Shown: one piece after another, positions 1-9,542 of the stretch
Position numbering within the stretch: the stretch's first letter is position 1
Layout of the letters: each line of letters starts with the position of its first letter
Source: Polyangiales bacterium
Lineage (GTDB): Bacteria; Myxococcota_A; Polyangia; Polyangiales; Polyangiaceae
Assembly (NCBI GenBank): GCA_038231275.1
Contig: JBBRLQ010000009.1
Span: forward strand, 128,001 to 192,000
Reading direction: 5' to 3'
Length of the DNA stretch: 64,000 bases
Notes under the pieces: model-generated
Told to the model about the DNA's origin: nothing
The model's input: only the letters and a program-made list of their open reading frames with translations
Database searches by the model: none
Position numbers and translations under genes: made by a program

Positions 1-2526
1 GAGGGTGCGGTACGGCATGATGCGCACGGTGAACCACCGCCCGTCCTTGGTGCCGACCTGCTTCTCGGCCGAGACGAGGCGTCGCAGCACCTCGCGCGCG
101 TCATCGTGAAGATCCGGGTAAATGAAATCCTGAGCGAGATCGGTGATGGGCCGGCCGGCGTCGCTCGGGATGAGCTTGATGAGCTTCGCCATCTGGGTCG
201 TGAAGCGCCGCACGTTGAGATCGCCGTCGAGGAAGAGCGTCGCGATGTCGGTGCTGTCGAGGAGGTTCTTCATGTCGCTGCTGGCGCGGAGCAGCTCGTC
301 CACCTTCGCTTGCAGCTCGTGGTTCAGGGACTGAAGCTCCTCGTTCATCGACTGCATCTCTTCTTTCGACGTCGTCAGCTCCTCGTTCGTGGACTGGAGC
401 TCCTCGTTCGCCGACTGGAGCTCTTCGTTGGTGGAGGTCAGCTCCTCGGCGGCGATCTGCATCTCCTCGCGCGTCGCGTGCAGCTCATCGCGCGCCACGC
501 GGAGCTCGCTCTCGCGCGTCGCGCCGCGAGCCCCCCTGAGCCGCTCGGGGGGCGGCGCCGCGGGCTTTCCAACCTCCGCGAAGAGGACCATCGCCGTGCC
601 GCGCAAGGACGGCGGCTCCTTCAGCGGCTCGATCGTGACGTCAACGCGCCGCGCGCGGTCCATCCTCACGCCCGTAGCAATGACCGTCTGCTTCTTGCGA
701 AACGCCTTGCGGAAGGCGGGCTCAAGCGCGTTGGCGAGGCCTCCGCGCGCCATCGCGAAGACGTTCCAGTTGGCCTTCCCCGCCGCCGGCTCGAGGAACG
801 CGCCGATCCTGCCGCTGATGTAGAGGACGTCCCCGCGATCGTTCGCGAGGACGGCCGCTGGACCGAAGCGCTGGAGCAGCAGCCGATCGGCTTGCGACTG
901 GAACGAGGGCTGCATCGCCTGGATCTCGGCCGCGGCCGAGACGCGTGCTCGTGGGAGCGGAGTAGGAGAAGAAGGGACCTCGGGACGGGAGGCGGCGCGG
1001 CCCTGCTCGAGGCGATGGTAGACGCGGCTCCGGTGCCCTTCCTGCGCGAACAGCCCCGTGAAGCCGCCGACCGTCTCCGACGTCCCGAGGACGAGCACCC
1101 CGCCGGGCCTCAGGCTGTAGTGAAAGAGAGGCAGGAGCTTCTGCTGGAGCGCCGGGCTCAAGTAGATGAGGACGTTCCTGCACACGAGGAGATCGAGCTT
1201 CGTGAATGGCGGGTCCTGGATGACGTTCTGGACCGCGAAGACGATCCGCTCGCGGACCTCCGCGTTGACGCGGTACCCGCGCGGATCGGCGACGAAGAAA
1301 CGGCGCAGTCGTTCGGGCGAGACCTCGGCGGCGATGCTCGCGGGATACACGCCCTGGCGCGCGCGCTCGATCGCGTCGGGATCGAGATCGGTCGCGAAGA
1401 CCTGGAGCATCAGCTTTCGCGGCGGCTCGAGCGCGGCGATCGCCTCTCTCAGGACGATGGCGAGGGTGTACGCCTCCTCGCCCGTCGAGCAGCCGGTGAC
1501 CCACGCGCGGACGGTGGAGCCCGCCGCGCGCGCGCCGAGGAGCGTCGGGAGCACGTCGCCTCGAAGCTTCTCCCAGACGTCGGGATCGCGGAAAAACGAG
1601 GTCACGCCGATGAGGAGCTCCCGGAACAGGAGCTGCAGCTCCTTCGGGTTGTCGCGGAGGTACCGGAGGTATGCCGGGAGCGCGTCGAGCTGGTGGAGCC
1701 CCATTCGTCGCTCGATGCGCCGGTAGATCGTATTCCGCTTGTACAGCGAGAAGTCGTGGCCGGTCTCCGCTTGGAGCAAGCCGACGATCTGCTCGATGGC
1801 GCTCTTCGCCGCGGCCTCGAGCGAAGCGTTCGACGCGGGCGACGGAGTGGGTGCGCGCCGGCCGCCAAGAATCCGCTGCACGAGCTCGTGGGCTGGCGCG
1901 ACCCCATCGACCTGCCCCGCGTCGATGGCGCTCCGTGGCATGCTGTCGAACTTCGCGGAGGCGGGCGTCTCCGCGAAGGTCCGCCCGCCCTTCTCTTTGA
2001 TCGCGCGGAGGCCGAGCGTGCCGTCCGAGCCCATGCCGGACAGGATCACGCCGACCGCGTGCTCTCCTTGATCCTCGGCGAGCGTTTGGAAAAACGAGTC
2101 GATGGGCAGGCGACGTCCGCGCGCGCCCGCGGGAGCGAGCAGATGGAGTGAGCCGTGCCGGATCGCGAGATCTTTGTTCGGCGGGATGACGTACACGTTG
2201 CCCGGCTCCACCCGCGAACCGTCGCGCGCTTGCGCCACCGGCATCGCGCTGACGCGTTGGAGGAGCTCGACGAGGAGCCCCTTGTGCGTCGGGTCCATGT
2301 GCTGCACGACGACGAACGCGAGGCCGCAGGCCTGCGGCACGTTCTCGAAAAAGCGCTCGAGGGCTTCGAGGCCGCCCGCCGACGCTCCGATCCCGACGAC
2401 CGCAAACGCGTGCGGAACGGACGTCCTCGCGATGGGCTTTCGCGACGCGGTTCGCGCGCGGCGCGCTCGTGCATCGGGCCTGTCGGACTTCCTCACCGCG
2501 TCCCTACCCCTTTTGATCGGCCCCAT
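1..2526 (-). CDS. CheB methylesterase / CheR methyltransferase / PAS fusion protein (3' end runs off the window)
   Basis: Not in the ORF track; translated by hand. N-terminal part reads AVVGIGASAGGLEALERFF...FVVVQHMDPTHKG (CheB). The window-edge part reads QVGTKDGRWFTVRIMPYRTL (PAS-type tail of CheB/CheR fusions). Start is ATG 2526 or GTG 2496. Confidence 0.9.
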   Translation of the reverse strand, partial: MGPIKRGRDAVRKSDRPDARARRARTASRKPIARTSVPHAFAVVGIGASAGGLEALERFFENVPQACGLAFVVVQHMDPTHKGLLVELLQRVSAMPVAQARDGSRVEPGNVYVIPPNKDLAIRHGSLHLLAPAGARGRRLPIDSFFQTLAEDQGEHAVGVILSGMGSDGTLGLRAIKEKGGRTFAETPASAKFDSMPRSAIDAGQVDGVAPAHELVQRILGGRRAPTPSPASNASLEAAAKSAIEQIVGLLQAETGHDFSLYKRNTIYRRIERRMGLHQLDALPAYLRYLRDNPKELQLLFRELLIGVTSFFRDPDVWEKLRGDVLPTLLGARAAGSTVRAWVTGCSTGEEAYTLAIVLREAIAALEPPRKLMLQVFATDLDPDAIERARQGVYPASIAAEVSPERLRRFFVADPRGYRVNAEVRERIVFAVQNVIQDPPFTKLDLLVCRNVLIYLSPALQQKLLPLFHYSLRPGGVLVLGTSETVGGFTGLFAQEGHRSRVYHRLEQGRAASRPEVPSSPTPLPRARVSAAAEIQAMQPSFQSQADRLLLQRFGPAAVLANDRGDVLYISGRIGAFLEPAAGKANWNVFAMARGGLANALEPAFRKAFRKKQTVIATGVRMDRARRVDVTIEPLKEPPSLRGTAMVLFAEVGKPAAPPPERLRGARGATRESELRVARDELHATREEMQIAAEELTSTNEELQSANEELQSTNEELTTSKEEMQSMNEELQSLNHELQAKVDELLRASSDMKNLLDSTDIATLFLDGDLNVRRFTTQMAKLIKLIPSDAGRPITDLAQDFIYPDLHDDAREVLRRLVSAEKQVGTKDGRWFTVRIMPYRTL

Positions 2527-2606
2527 GCCGCGCCCCGGCGAGAACTGTACTCGCTTTGGGCGAAGCGCGCGCTGCTCTCTCGGCGCTCGCCTGATACCCT
2601 TCCTGA

Positions 2607-3752
2607 GTGTCGACCCTCGAGTCCTCTGCCTCAACCCTCCGGCGTGCGATCGCGTCTGCGAGTCGCGGCCTCGTCGAGCGCGAGGCCCTCGTCGAGCTCA
2701 TCGCGCTCTCGGCTGTCGCCGGCGAGCACATGCTCGTGGTGGGGCCGCCGGGTACGGCGAAGAGCGAGGCCGTCCGTCGCATCGCCGGCGCGTTCGGGGG
2801 CAGGTACTTCGAGTACTTGCTGGGTCGGTTCACCGAGCCGAGCGAGATCTTCGGCCCGGTCGATCTGCGAAAGTTGCGCGAGGGGACCGTGGAGACGGAG
2901 ACGCGCGGGATGCTCCCCGAGGCGGAGATCGCCTTTCTCGACGAGGTGTTCCTCGGCTCGACGGCCATCCTGAACACGCTCCTCGGCGTCCTGAACGAAC
3001 GGACGTTCCGTCGCGGTCACACGCAGCTCGCGTGCCCGCTGCGTGTGTGCGTCGGCGCGTCGAACCAGCTCCCGGAGGACGAGATGCTGGCGGCGTTCGC
3101 CGATCGCTTCCTCGTGCGCGCGTTCGTGGAGCCGATCGCCGACGCGCGGATCGAGGATCTCCTGGAGGGCGCGTGGGCGATGGGGCAGAGCCCGAGAAAG
3201 GTGCATTCTGCACCGATGCTCGACGACCTCGACACGCTGGCGCGTGCGGCCGGCGCGGCGGACATGACCGGCGTACGCGACACGCTCGCGCACGCGCTTC
3301 GGAAGCTGCGCGCGGCGGGGATCGTGCTGTCGGATCGGCGCGCGACCAAGATTCAGCGGCTCGTCGCTGCGGCCGCCGCGCTGGCGGGGCGAGCGACACC
3401 AACCGGCGCCGATCTCTGGCCGATCGTGTACGCGGTACCGACGGAGCCGGCGCAGCGGACCGCCCGTGAGGCGCTGCGTGCGTTGCTCGAGGCGTCGGAG
3501 AACACGGCGCTCCAGTCGGCGGCGCTCGAGGCTTCGCAAGGCCCGCGCGCGCGGGCGACGCGCATCGTGACCGCCGGTCGCGCGCTCCTCGCCGAGGCGT
3601 CGCCCGGGGCCGGCGACGGCGCGGCAGAGGGCAGGCGGCTCAAGGTCGAGGGCATCCTCCGCGAGATCGACGCGGCGTTCGGCGAGGAGCAGCTCACCGA
3701 GGATCTGCGCACGCTGCGCGCGGATCTCGCCCGTACACTGCCCTCGTCGTGA
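2607..3752 (+). CDS. MoxR-family AAA+ ATPase (RavA-like) of a MoxR-vWA-beta-propeller system
   Basis: Walker A GPPGTAKS, YFEYLLGRFTEPSEIFGP, Walker B IAFLDE, GASN, DRF; first gene of an overlapping four-gene operon. Confidence 0.92.
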   Translation: MSTLESSASTLRRAIASASRGLVEREALVELIALSAVAGEHMLVVGPPGTAKSEAVRRIAGAFGGRYFEYLLGRFTEPSEIFGPVDLRKLREGTVETETRGMLPEAEIAFLDEVFLGSTAILNTLLGVLNERTFRRGHTQLACPLRVCVGASNQLPEDEMLAAFADRFLVRAFVEPIADARIEDLLEGAWAMGQSPRKVHSAPMLDDLDTLARAAGAADMTGVRDTLAHALRKLRAAGIVLSDRRATKIQRLVAAAAALAGRATPTGADLWPIVYAVPTEPAQRTAREALRALLEASENTALQSAALEASQGPRARATRIVTAGRALLAEASPGAGDGAAEGRRLKVEGILREIDAAFGEEQLTEDLRTLRADLARTLPSS

Positions 3753-4162
3753 AGCTCGCGTGGGGACTTCGTGAGCCACCGCTCGGCGCGACGGCGGCCG
3801 CAGCAGAAGGGGACGCGGCGCGCGCGATGGCCAAGCGCTTGATGGCGCGTGCGCCCGCTGACCTCGCGCGCCTGCGCGGCGTGGCGTCGACGTCGGTGCT
3901 CGTCGTCCTCGGCGAGGCGGACGATCTCCCGTGGGTGGAGGGGGCGAGCTACCTCGGTCGCGATCCGATCGCGCCGTCGCTTTGGTTGCCGACGACGCGC
4001 GCGCCGAGCGTCTCGGCCGCGTTGCTCGAGCGCGCGCTCGTTCATTTGCCGTCGCGGGGTCCATGCGCGGTGCTCCTCGCGCCGTCGCGCATCGTGCCGC
4101 TCTCGGCGGCGCGCCCCGTCGTGCACGAGCGCTTGGCGGCGTTCCTCGCGGAGGCGTCGTAG
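3749..4162 (+). CDS. bpX5-like small protein of a MoxR-vWA-beta-propeller ternary system
   Basis: W..REPPL and LPWVEGASYLGRDP.AP.LWLPT motifs; GTGA overlap with the MoxR stop; family assignment from memory. Confidence 0.7.
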   Translation: MKLAWGLREPPLGATAAAAEGDAARAMAKRLMARAPADLARLRGVASTSVLVVLGEADDLPWVEGASYLGRDPIAPSLWLPTTRAPSVSAALLERALVHLPSRGPCAVLLAPSRIVPLSAARPVVHERLAAFLAEAS

Positions 4163-5931
4163 TGCGCCTCCCTCGCGCGCTCGCGGCGTGGGAGGCGGAG
4201 CTCTCGCTGTTTCCGGAGGAGGTGGCGCTGGGCCTCGGTGGTGTCGTCGCGCGCCTCGCGCTCGCGATCGGACCGATGCGGGCGCGCGCGCAGCGGGGCC
4301 TCGGCACGCCCGACGGGTACGACGGCCTCTCCCGCCGCGGTGACTACGCGCGCCTCGTCATGACCGAGTGGCTGCTCGCCGACGAGATCCCCGAGGAGTT
4401 CGTGCGCCGCGTGGCGATGGGTGAGCACGCGTTCCTGGCGCGCGCGTTCGAGCAGCCGGCCTCGTCGCGGAGGAGCGTGGTGCTCTTCGACGCCGGCCCG
4501 GAGCAGCTCGGGGCGCCGCGCGTCGCGCAGCTGGCGGCGCTCGTCACGTTCGCGCAGCGTGCCGCCGATGCGCGAGCAGAGCTGGCGTGGGGGACGTTGC
4601 AAGCGCATCACGCCTCACTCGCCGAGGCGGTGACGCCGGCCGGCGTCGCGGCGCTCCTCGATGCACGGACGCGGAACCTCGCGCGGGCGGCCGATGTCGA
4701 GGTCGCGGTACGCCGGGCGGGAGCTCGTGGGGCGCACGACGAGCTGTGGATCGTGGGCAGCGCGGCGCTCGCCGAGGCGGCGGCGCGTGTCGGCGCGTCG
4801 TTCGTTCAGATCGACGACGTCCTCGAGCCAGAGGCCCACGAGCTGCGCGTGCGCGTCGTCCCTTCGCGCGGCGCCGAGCGGGGTGTCGTCCTCGAGCTCC
4901 CGTCCCCCCAAGTGACGACGCGGCTGCTCCGCGACCCGTTCCAGGTGGCGACGTCCACGGCGACCGGCGCCGATCATGCGCCGTCGCGCGCGCCCGGCAA
5001 CGTTGTCTTCTCCGCCGACGGGCGGAAGATCTTCGCGCGGACCGACGACGGGAGCCTCCTCTCCCTCGCGCTCCCCGGCTCGCCGCGCGCGGCCCCTGCC
5101 CCCGTCGCGCGTTATCGTCCTCCGTCCGGTCAGCGCGTCGTCGCCGCGGGATGGTCGCGCTCGCAGAAGCGCGTCCAGGTGATGACGCAAAAAGGTGACG
5201 GCGCGATGGTGCTGCACACGCTCTCGCGTCGCGGGAGCCAGTCCATCTCGGAGACGAGCTTCGCCGCCCTCGATCCGCCGGCTCCGGCGGGAGATCTCGC
5301 GGCGCTCTACCGTGAGCGGGAGGGCGCGATGTGCATGCTCGATGCGTGCGGGCGCCTCCTACGTCTGAACAAAGAGGCGGACGTCGACTGGATCAGCGTG
5401 GTCGCCGTCGTGTCGGGCTCCGGCCGCAGCGAGTGCGCCGCGATCGCGCTCGGTGAGTTCGTCGAGCTCGTGACGAAGCAGGGAGACGCGCCGGTCTCGA
5501 CGGTGCGCGTCCCGGTGCAGCTCGCGCGCGCGCCACGCGTCTTCTTCGGCGCGCGGCCGCCTCGGTGGCTCGCGGTGGTGGAGACCGGCGAGGACGAGTG
5601 GACCCTCGTGCGTCCGGAGCCAGGAGACGCGATCCGCGAGCGATGGGTCGTCCCCGCCGGGCGCGAGGTCTGCGGAGTGCTCGAGACCGAGTGGGCGCCG
5701 CCGAAGCCCGCGCTCGTGATGCTCGACGGCGAAGGTCAGGCGCTCCGGCTGTTTCGGCCGGAGGGCACCGAGCAGATCGTCACCTCGGAGCCGCGCATCC
5801 TGCACGCGACGGTGAGCCCGGGCGCCCGCGACATCGCGTACGGCACGGAGCGCGGCGAGCTCGTCGTCCACTCGCTCGCGGCGCGTGCCGTGATCGCGCG
5901 CATCGCGCCGAGCGCGCCCGAGGCGAAATGA
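4162..5931 (+). CDS. vWA-like (MoxR partner) plus C-terminal beta-propeller protein
   Basis: GTG 4162 overlaps the upstream TAG. PDGYDGLSRRGDYARLVMTEWLLADE.PEEFVRR...EHAFL precedes a degenerate MIDAS-like strand VVLFDAGPEQLG; propeller-like blades (VFSADGRKIF, TVSPGARDIAYGT). Confidence 0.7.
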   Translation: MRLPRALAAWEAELSLFPEEVALGLGGVVARLALAIGPMRARAQRGLGTPDGYDGLSRRGDYARLVMTEWLLADEIPEEFVRRVAMGEHAFLARAFEQPASSRRSVVLFDAGPEQLGAPRVAQLAALVTFAQRAADARAELAWGTLQAHHASLAEAVTPAGVAALLDARTRNLARAADVEVAVRRAGARGAHDELWIVGSAALAEAAARVGASFVQIDDVLEPEAHELRVRVVPSRGAERGVVLELPSPQVTTRLLRDPFQVATSTATGADHAPSRAPGNVVFSADGRKIFARTDDGSLLSLALPGSPRAAPAPVARYRPPSGQRVVAAGWSRSQKRVQVMTQKGDGAMVLHTLSRRGSQSISETSFAALDPPAPAGDLAALYREREGAMCMLDACGRLLRLNKEADVDWISVVAVVSGSGRSECAAIALGEFVELVTKQGDAPVSTVRVPVQLARAPRVFFGARPPRWLAVVETGEDEWTLVRPEPGDAIRERWVVPAGREVCGVLETEWAPPKPALVMLDGEGQALRLFRPEGTEQIVTSEPRILHATVSPGARDIAYGTERGELVVHSLAARAVIARIAPSAPEAK

Positions 5932-8900
5932 AGCTCCTCCGCGTCGCCCACGCGGGCCGCGTCCTCTGCCGCGGCTTCTTTTTCGGGCCGCCACTAGGCG
6001 AGGACGAGGCGCGCGCGCGCATCCTCGCGCGGTTTCGTCCGGGCGCCACGGTTCGCCGGACCGAGGGAGGGCTCGTGCTCCTCCTCGCAGAGCCTACGTG
6101 GGTTCGTGTGGACGCGTCGCCCGGCGCTCCGCTCGTCGCGCAGGCGCACGTCCTGTCGTCGGCGCCGCTGACGAACGCAGAGCTCGTCGCCCTCGCGGCG
6201 CCGCCCGAGGCGCTCGTGCTTGCGCGCGCCGGTGCCGCGGTGGTGCTCGCGCCGCGCGCCGGCGACGAAGAGGACCCGGCGCGGTGGCTCGACACCTCCG
6301 AGGTCATCGTGCTCGGCGTGACATCGCTCGGCGCGCCGCCGCCCGCGCCCCGCGTCGCGCCCGCCCCGCCGCCGCTCGACGTCCGCGCCGCGTTGAAAGC
6401 GCCGGCCGCGTCGGCAGAGCTCGCCGCGGTGCGCGCGGCGCTCGAACAGATGCGCGCCGGCGTGGAGTCGTCGGCGGGTCGCTCCCTGGCGCGCGCCGAA
6501 ACGTCCAGCGGGGGAATGGACGCCTTCGCGCGCGCCGCTCGTACGGCGCTGGCAGGCGTCGCGCGCCTCTTCGCGTCCGTTCTCGGTCTCTTCGGGCGCG
6601 CGGCGTCGGCGTCGGAGTCCGCGTCCCGTCGAACCTCCGAGGCCGCGAGCTCGCGGGCTCTCGCGGCGCGTCCGGCGCCGCCGAGCGGACCAAGCTTCCT
6701 CGAGCGTCTCCGCGCGCGCGTCCTCGACGTCGCGGCGCGGCTCCTCGTTCTTTCGCGAATCGCCCGCTTTTTCGAGCGCGCCCACGCGCAGTACCTCTCG
6801 AAAATGATCGACATGTTCGAACGCGGCGATCTCGAGGACGCGCTGCGCCACGCGATCCCGCTCGGTCAAGGAGACGGTTCGAGCGGTCCACCCGCGCTCC
6901 TCCCCGGAGGACCGCGCGCGGATCTCTCGATCTCGCCATGGCGCGCTCCCGCCCGAGGCGCGATCGGCCTCGGCGGCGCCCTGTTCGAGGATCTTCGCAC
7001 CATGTACCGGCGCGCGTTCGAGCGGCTCGTGGCCATGGGCGCGATCGAGCGCGCGGCCTTCGTCCTCGCGGAGCTGCTCGGCGCGAACGAAGAGGCCGTG
7101 TCGTTCCTCGAACGCCACGGGAAATACGAGCTCGCTGCGCAGATCGCCGAGGCGCGGGACCTGCCGCCGGGGCTCGTCGTTCGCCAGTGGCTCCTCGCGG
7201 GCGACACCCCGCGGGCGATCGCGATCGCCCGCGCGAAGGGGGCGTTCGCCGACGCCGTCGCGCGCCTCGAGCGCGCGGGGCCGCCGTACGCGAGCCTCGC
7301 CGTGCCGCTCCGCCTCCGGTGGGCCGACGTCCTCGCCGAAAGCGGGGCGTACGCCGCCGCCGTCGACGTCGTGTGGCCGGTCGAGAGCGCCCGTCCGCTC
7401 GCGCGCGCGTGGATCGAGCGCGCGCTCCTCGTCGGCGGCGCGACGGCAGGGACGATGCTCGCGCGGAAGGCGTCGCTGCCTGGCACGTTCGCGGAGGTGC
7501 GCGCGCAGGTCCTCACGCTTTTTGGTGACGCCGAGCCGGAGATCGACGCCACGCGCGTGGCCTTCGCGTCTGCGCTCGCCGCAGGACCCGCGACTGCGGA
7601 GACGCGCGTCCTCGCGAGGCCGGCTGCGCGCGCGCTCCTCGCAGGTCGCGCCGCCGCCGCCGCGCTCGGCCGCCGAAAGAGCGCCGCCCTCGCCGAGCGC
7701 CTCGCCGTCTTCTCCAACGATCCGGCGCTGCGCGCCGACATGCGCCCGCTCGTCGTCACGCCGCGCGTCCCCAACATCCGAATCTCCGTTGCAGGCTTCT
7801 CCATGATCGGCGAACGGAACATCAACGAGGACGCGATCGACTTCGGTCACCTGATGGAGGGTGGCCGTCGCGCCCATGGCACCAACCTCACGGTTCATGG
7901 CTTCTTCCTCCATGTTCTCGACGGGAGCGGGGGCGGCGAACCCCCTCGTCACCCCGCGACGATCGCTGCGGACGCGGTCCATGACGTCCTCACGCGCGAC
8001 GCCGGCGCAGGTCGGACCCGCGATGCGCTCGCGCGGGACCTGCGCGCCGCCGTTCGTGAGGCCAACCGGCGCATCTTCGAGGCGTCGACGCGCGATGTCC
8101 GGATGCGCGGCATGGGCAGCACGAGCACGTGCGCGGCGCTCGTCGACGGCGCGCTCGTCGTGTCGCAGGTCGGCGACTCGCGCGCGTACCTCCTGCGCGG
8201 AATGCGCTTCGAGCAGCTGACGCGCGACGACTCGCTCCTCGAGGCCTACAAGGACCAGCCCGGCTCGTTCACGGAGGTTGAGCTCGCCGACCTCCCGCAG
8301 AACATCATCACCAAGGCGCTCGGCATGGCGAGCGAGCTAGAGCCGCGCATCTCCGTCGTCCCGCTCCAGCGCGGGGACGTGGTGCTCTTGACGACCGACG
8401 GCGTCCACGCGCTCCTGCCGTCCGAGGCGCTTCCGACGCTCGCCCGCGGCGCCCGCGACGCACGCGGCCTCATCGAGGCCATTCGCGCCCGCATGGCTGT
8501 CGCGCAGGCCGCGGACAACTACAGCGCGGTGGTCGCGCGCTTCGACGGGACCGATCTGCCGGTGGAGCTTTCACCAGGCCCCTCGGCGTCCCCTTACGAG
8601 CCGGCGCCATCGTCGCTCGCCAACGTCGGCGAGGTGTCGCTCACCAGCCGCGTCGATCCGCTCGTGCACGCGCGCGAGGAGGGGGACGTCGGCGCGCTCG
8701 CCATTCACGACGCAGCGCTTCTTCCGGACGGCCGGCTCCTCGTCGCGCTCGGCGAGCTCGGCGTGCGGCTCCTCTCGCCGGCCGGAAAGACGCTCGCCCA
8801 TTTCGGCGAGCCCGCGCACCACCTCGTCGTGAGCACCTTCGGCGATCGCGCGATCGCGCTGGCCTCTCGCGGCGACGCCTGGCGCGTCGCGAAGATCGAT

Positions 8901-9413
8901 CTCGTCGGCCGCCGCGTACGCGCATGGCACGACGCGCGCTTCGATCGGTGGGCCCCGTCGTTCGACGGCGCGCGCTTCTTCTGCTCCCTCGGCGCGCGCG
9001 TCTTCGCGGTCGACGCCATCGCGGACGACTGGAGCGCGACATGGACCGTGACCGTCGACGAAGGAAAGCCGAGCGCGTTGTCGGTCGACGCGAATGAGCT
9101 CTGCGTCGTCGTCACGCGCGCGAAGGACGCGCACGTCCTGTGGCGCTACGATCTCGCGACGATGACGCTTCGCGGTCGCACCCCGAGCATGGTGCCGCCG
9201 CGGCTCGGCTGGTCGTGGGAATCGTCCGACGACATGGTCTCCCTGCTCGACGCGGACGGCCGTGCCCGACTCGCACTCCGGCTTCGTGGCGCCCGCTCTC
9301 CATGTGCGCGCGTGGACGGCGCCGACTTCGTGGTCTTCGACGACCGCGGCAGGCTGATCGTCCTCTCACGCGCGACCGGCGAGGTCCTCCGCGAGCACCG
9401 CGTCGCCCCGTGA
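5928..9413 (+). CDS. bpX6-like multidomain protein: N-terminal bpX6-like domain, helical repeats, internal PP2C phosphatase (~7782-8543), C-terminal beta-propeller
   Basis: ATGA overlap at 5928; LGEDEARARIL...PGAPL...LSSAPL N-terminus; PP2C motifs RNINED, LDGSGG, MGST, VGDSRAY, NIITKALG, LLTTDGV, DNYSAVV. Confidence 0.8.
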   Translation: MKLLRVAHAGRVLCRGFFFGPPLGEDEARARILARFRPGATVRRTEGGLVLLLAEPTWVRVDASPGAPLVAQAHVLSSAPLTNAELVALAAPPEALVLARAGAAVVLAPRAGDEEDPARWLDTSEVIVLGVTSLGAPPPAPRVAPAPPPLDVRAALKAPAASAELAAVRAALEQMRAGVESSAGRSLARAETSSGGMDAFARAARTALAGVARLFASVLGLFGRAASASESASRRTSEAASSRALAARPAPPSGPSFLERLRARVLDVAARLLVLSRIARFFERAHAQYLSKMIDMFERGDLEDALRHAIPLGQGDGSSGPPALLPGGPRADLSISPWRAPARGAIGLGGALFEDLRTMYRRAFERLVAMGAIERAAFVLAELLGANEEAVSFLERHGKYELAAQIAEARDLPPGLVVRQWLLAGDTPRAIAIARAKGAFADAVARLERAGPPYASLAVPLRLRWADVLAESGAYAAAVDVVWPVESARPLARAWIERALLVGGATAGTMLARKASLPGTFAEVRAQVLTLFGDAEPEIDATRVAFASALAAGPATAETRVLARPAARALLAGRAAAAALGRRKSAALAERLAVFSNDPALRADMRPLVVTPRVPNIRISVAGFSMIGERNINEDAIDFGHLMEGGRRAHGTNLTVHGFFLHVLDGSGGGEPPRHPATIAADAVHDVLTRDAGAGRTRDALARDLRAAVREANRRIFEASTRDVRMRGMGSTSTCAALVDGALVVSQVGDSRAYLLRGMRFEQLTRDDSLLEAYKDQPGSFTEVELADLPQNIITKALGMASELEPRISVVPLQRGDVVLLTTDGVHALLPSEALPTLARGARDARGLIEAIRARMAVAQAADNYSAVVARFDGTDLPVELSPGPSASPYEPAPSSLANVGEVSLTSRVDPLVHAREEGDVGALAIHDAALLPDGRLLVALGELGVRLLSPAGKTLAHFGEPAHHLVVSTFGDRAIALASRGDAWRVAKIDLVGRRVRAWHDARFDRWAPSFDGARFFCSLGARVFAVDAIADDWSATWTVTVDEGKPSALSVDANELCVVVTRAKDAHVLWRYDLATMTLRGRTPSMVPPRLGWSWESSDDMVSLLDADGRARLALRLRGARSPCARVDGADFVVFDDRGRLIVLSRATGEVLREHRVAP

Positions 9414-9542
9414 AAGAGCCCTCGTCCAAGAAAGGCCGGTCCCGGAAGGCCCGACTCGGCGTATCCTAGAGGTGCCCCGCATCGCACCTTGACCCCCATC
9501 CGCAGCGGATGGCACCATTTCAGGTAAGAGGCCCCCCGCTCC

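Noticed and set aside
106..2151. 681-aa plus-strand ORF
   Set aside because: Antisense shadow of the CheB/CheR gene; Arg-rich, no motifs
3931..5927. Track starts at 3931 and 5565
   Set aside because: Upstream extensions overlap real genes; stop/start overlaps support 4162 and 5928
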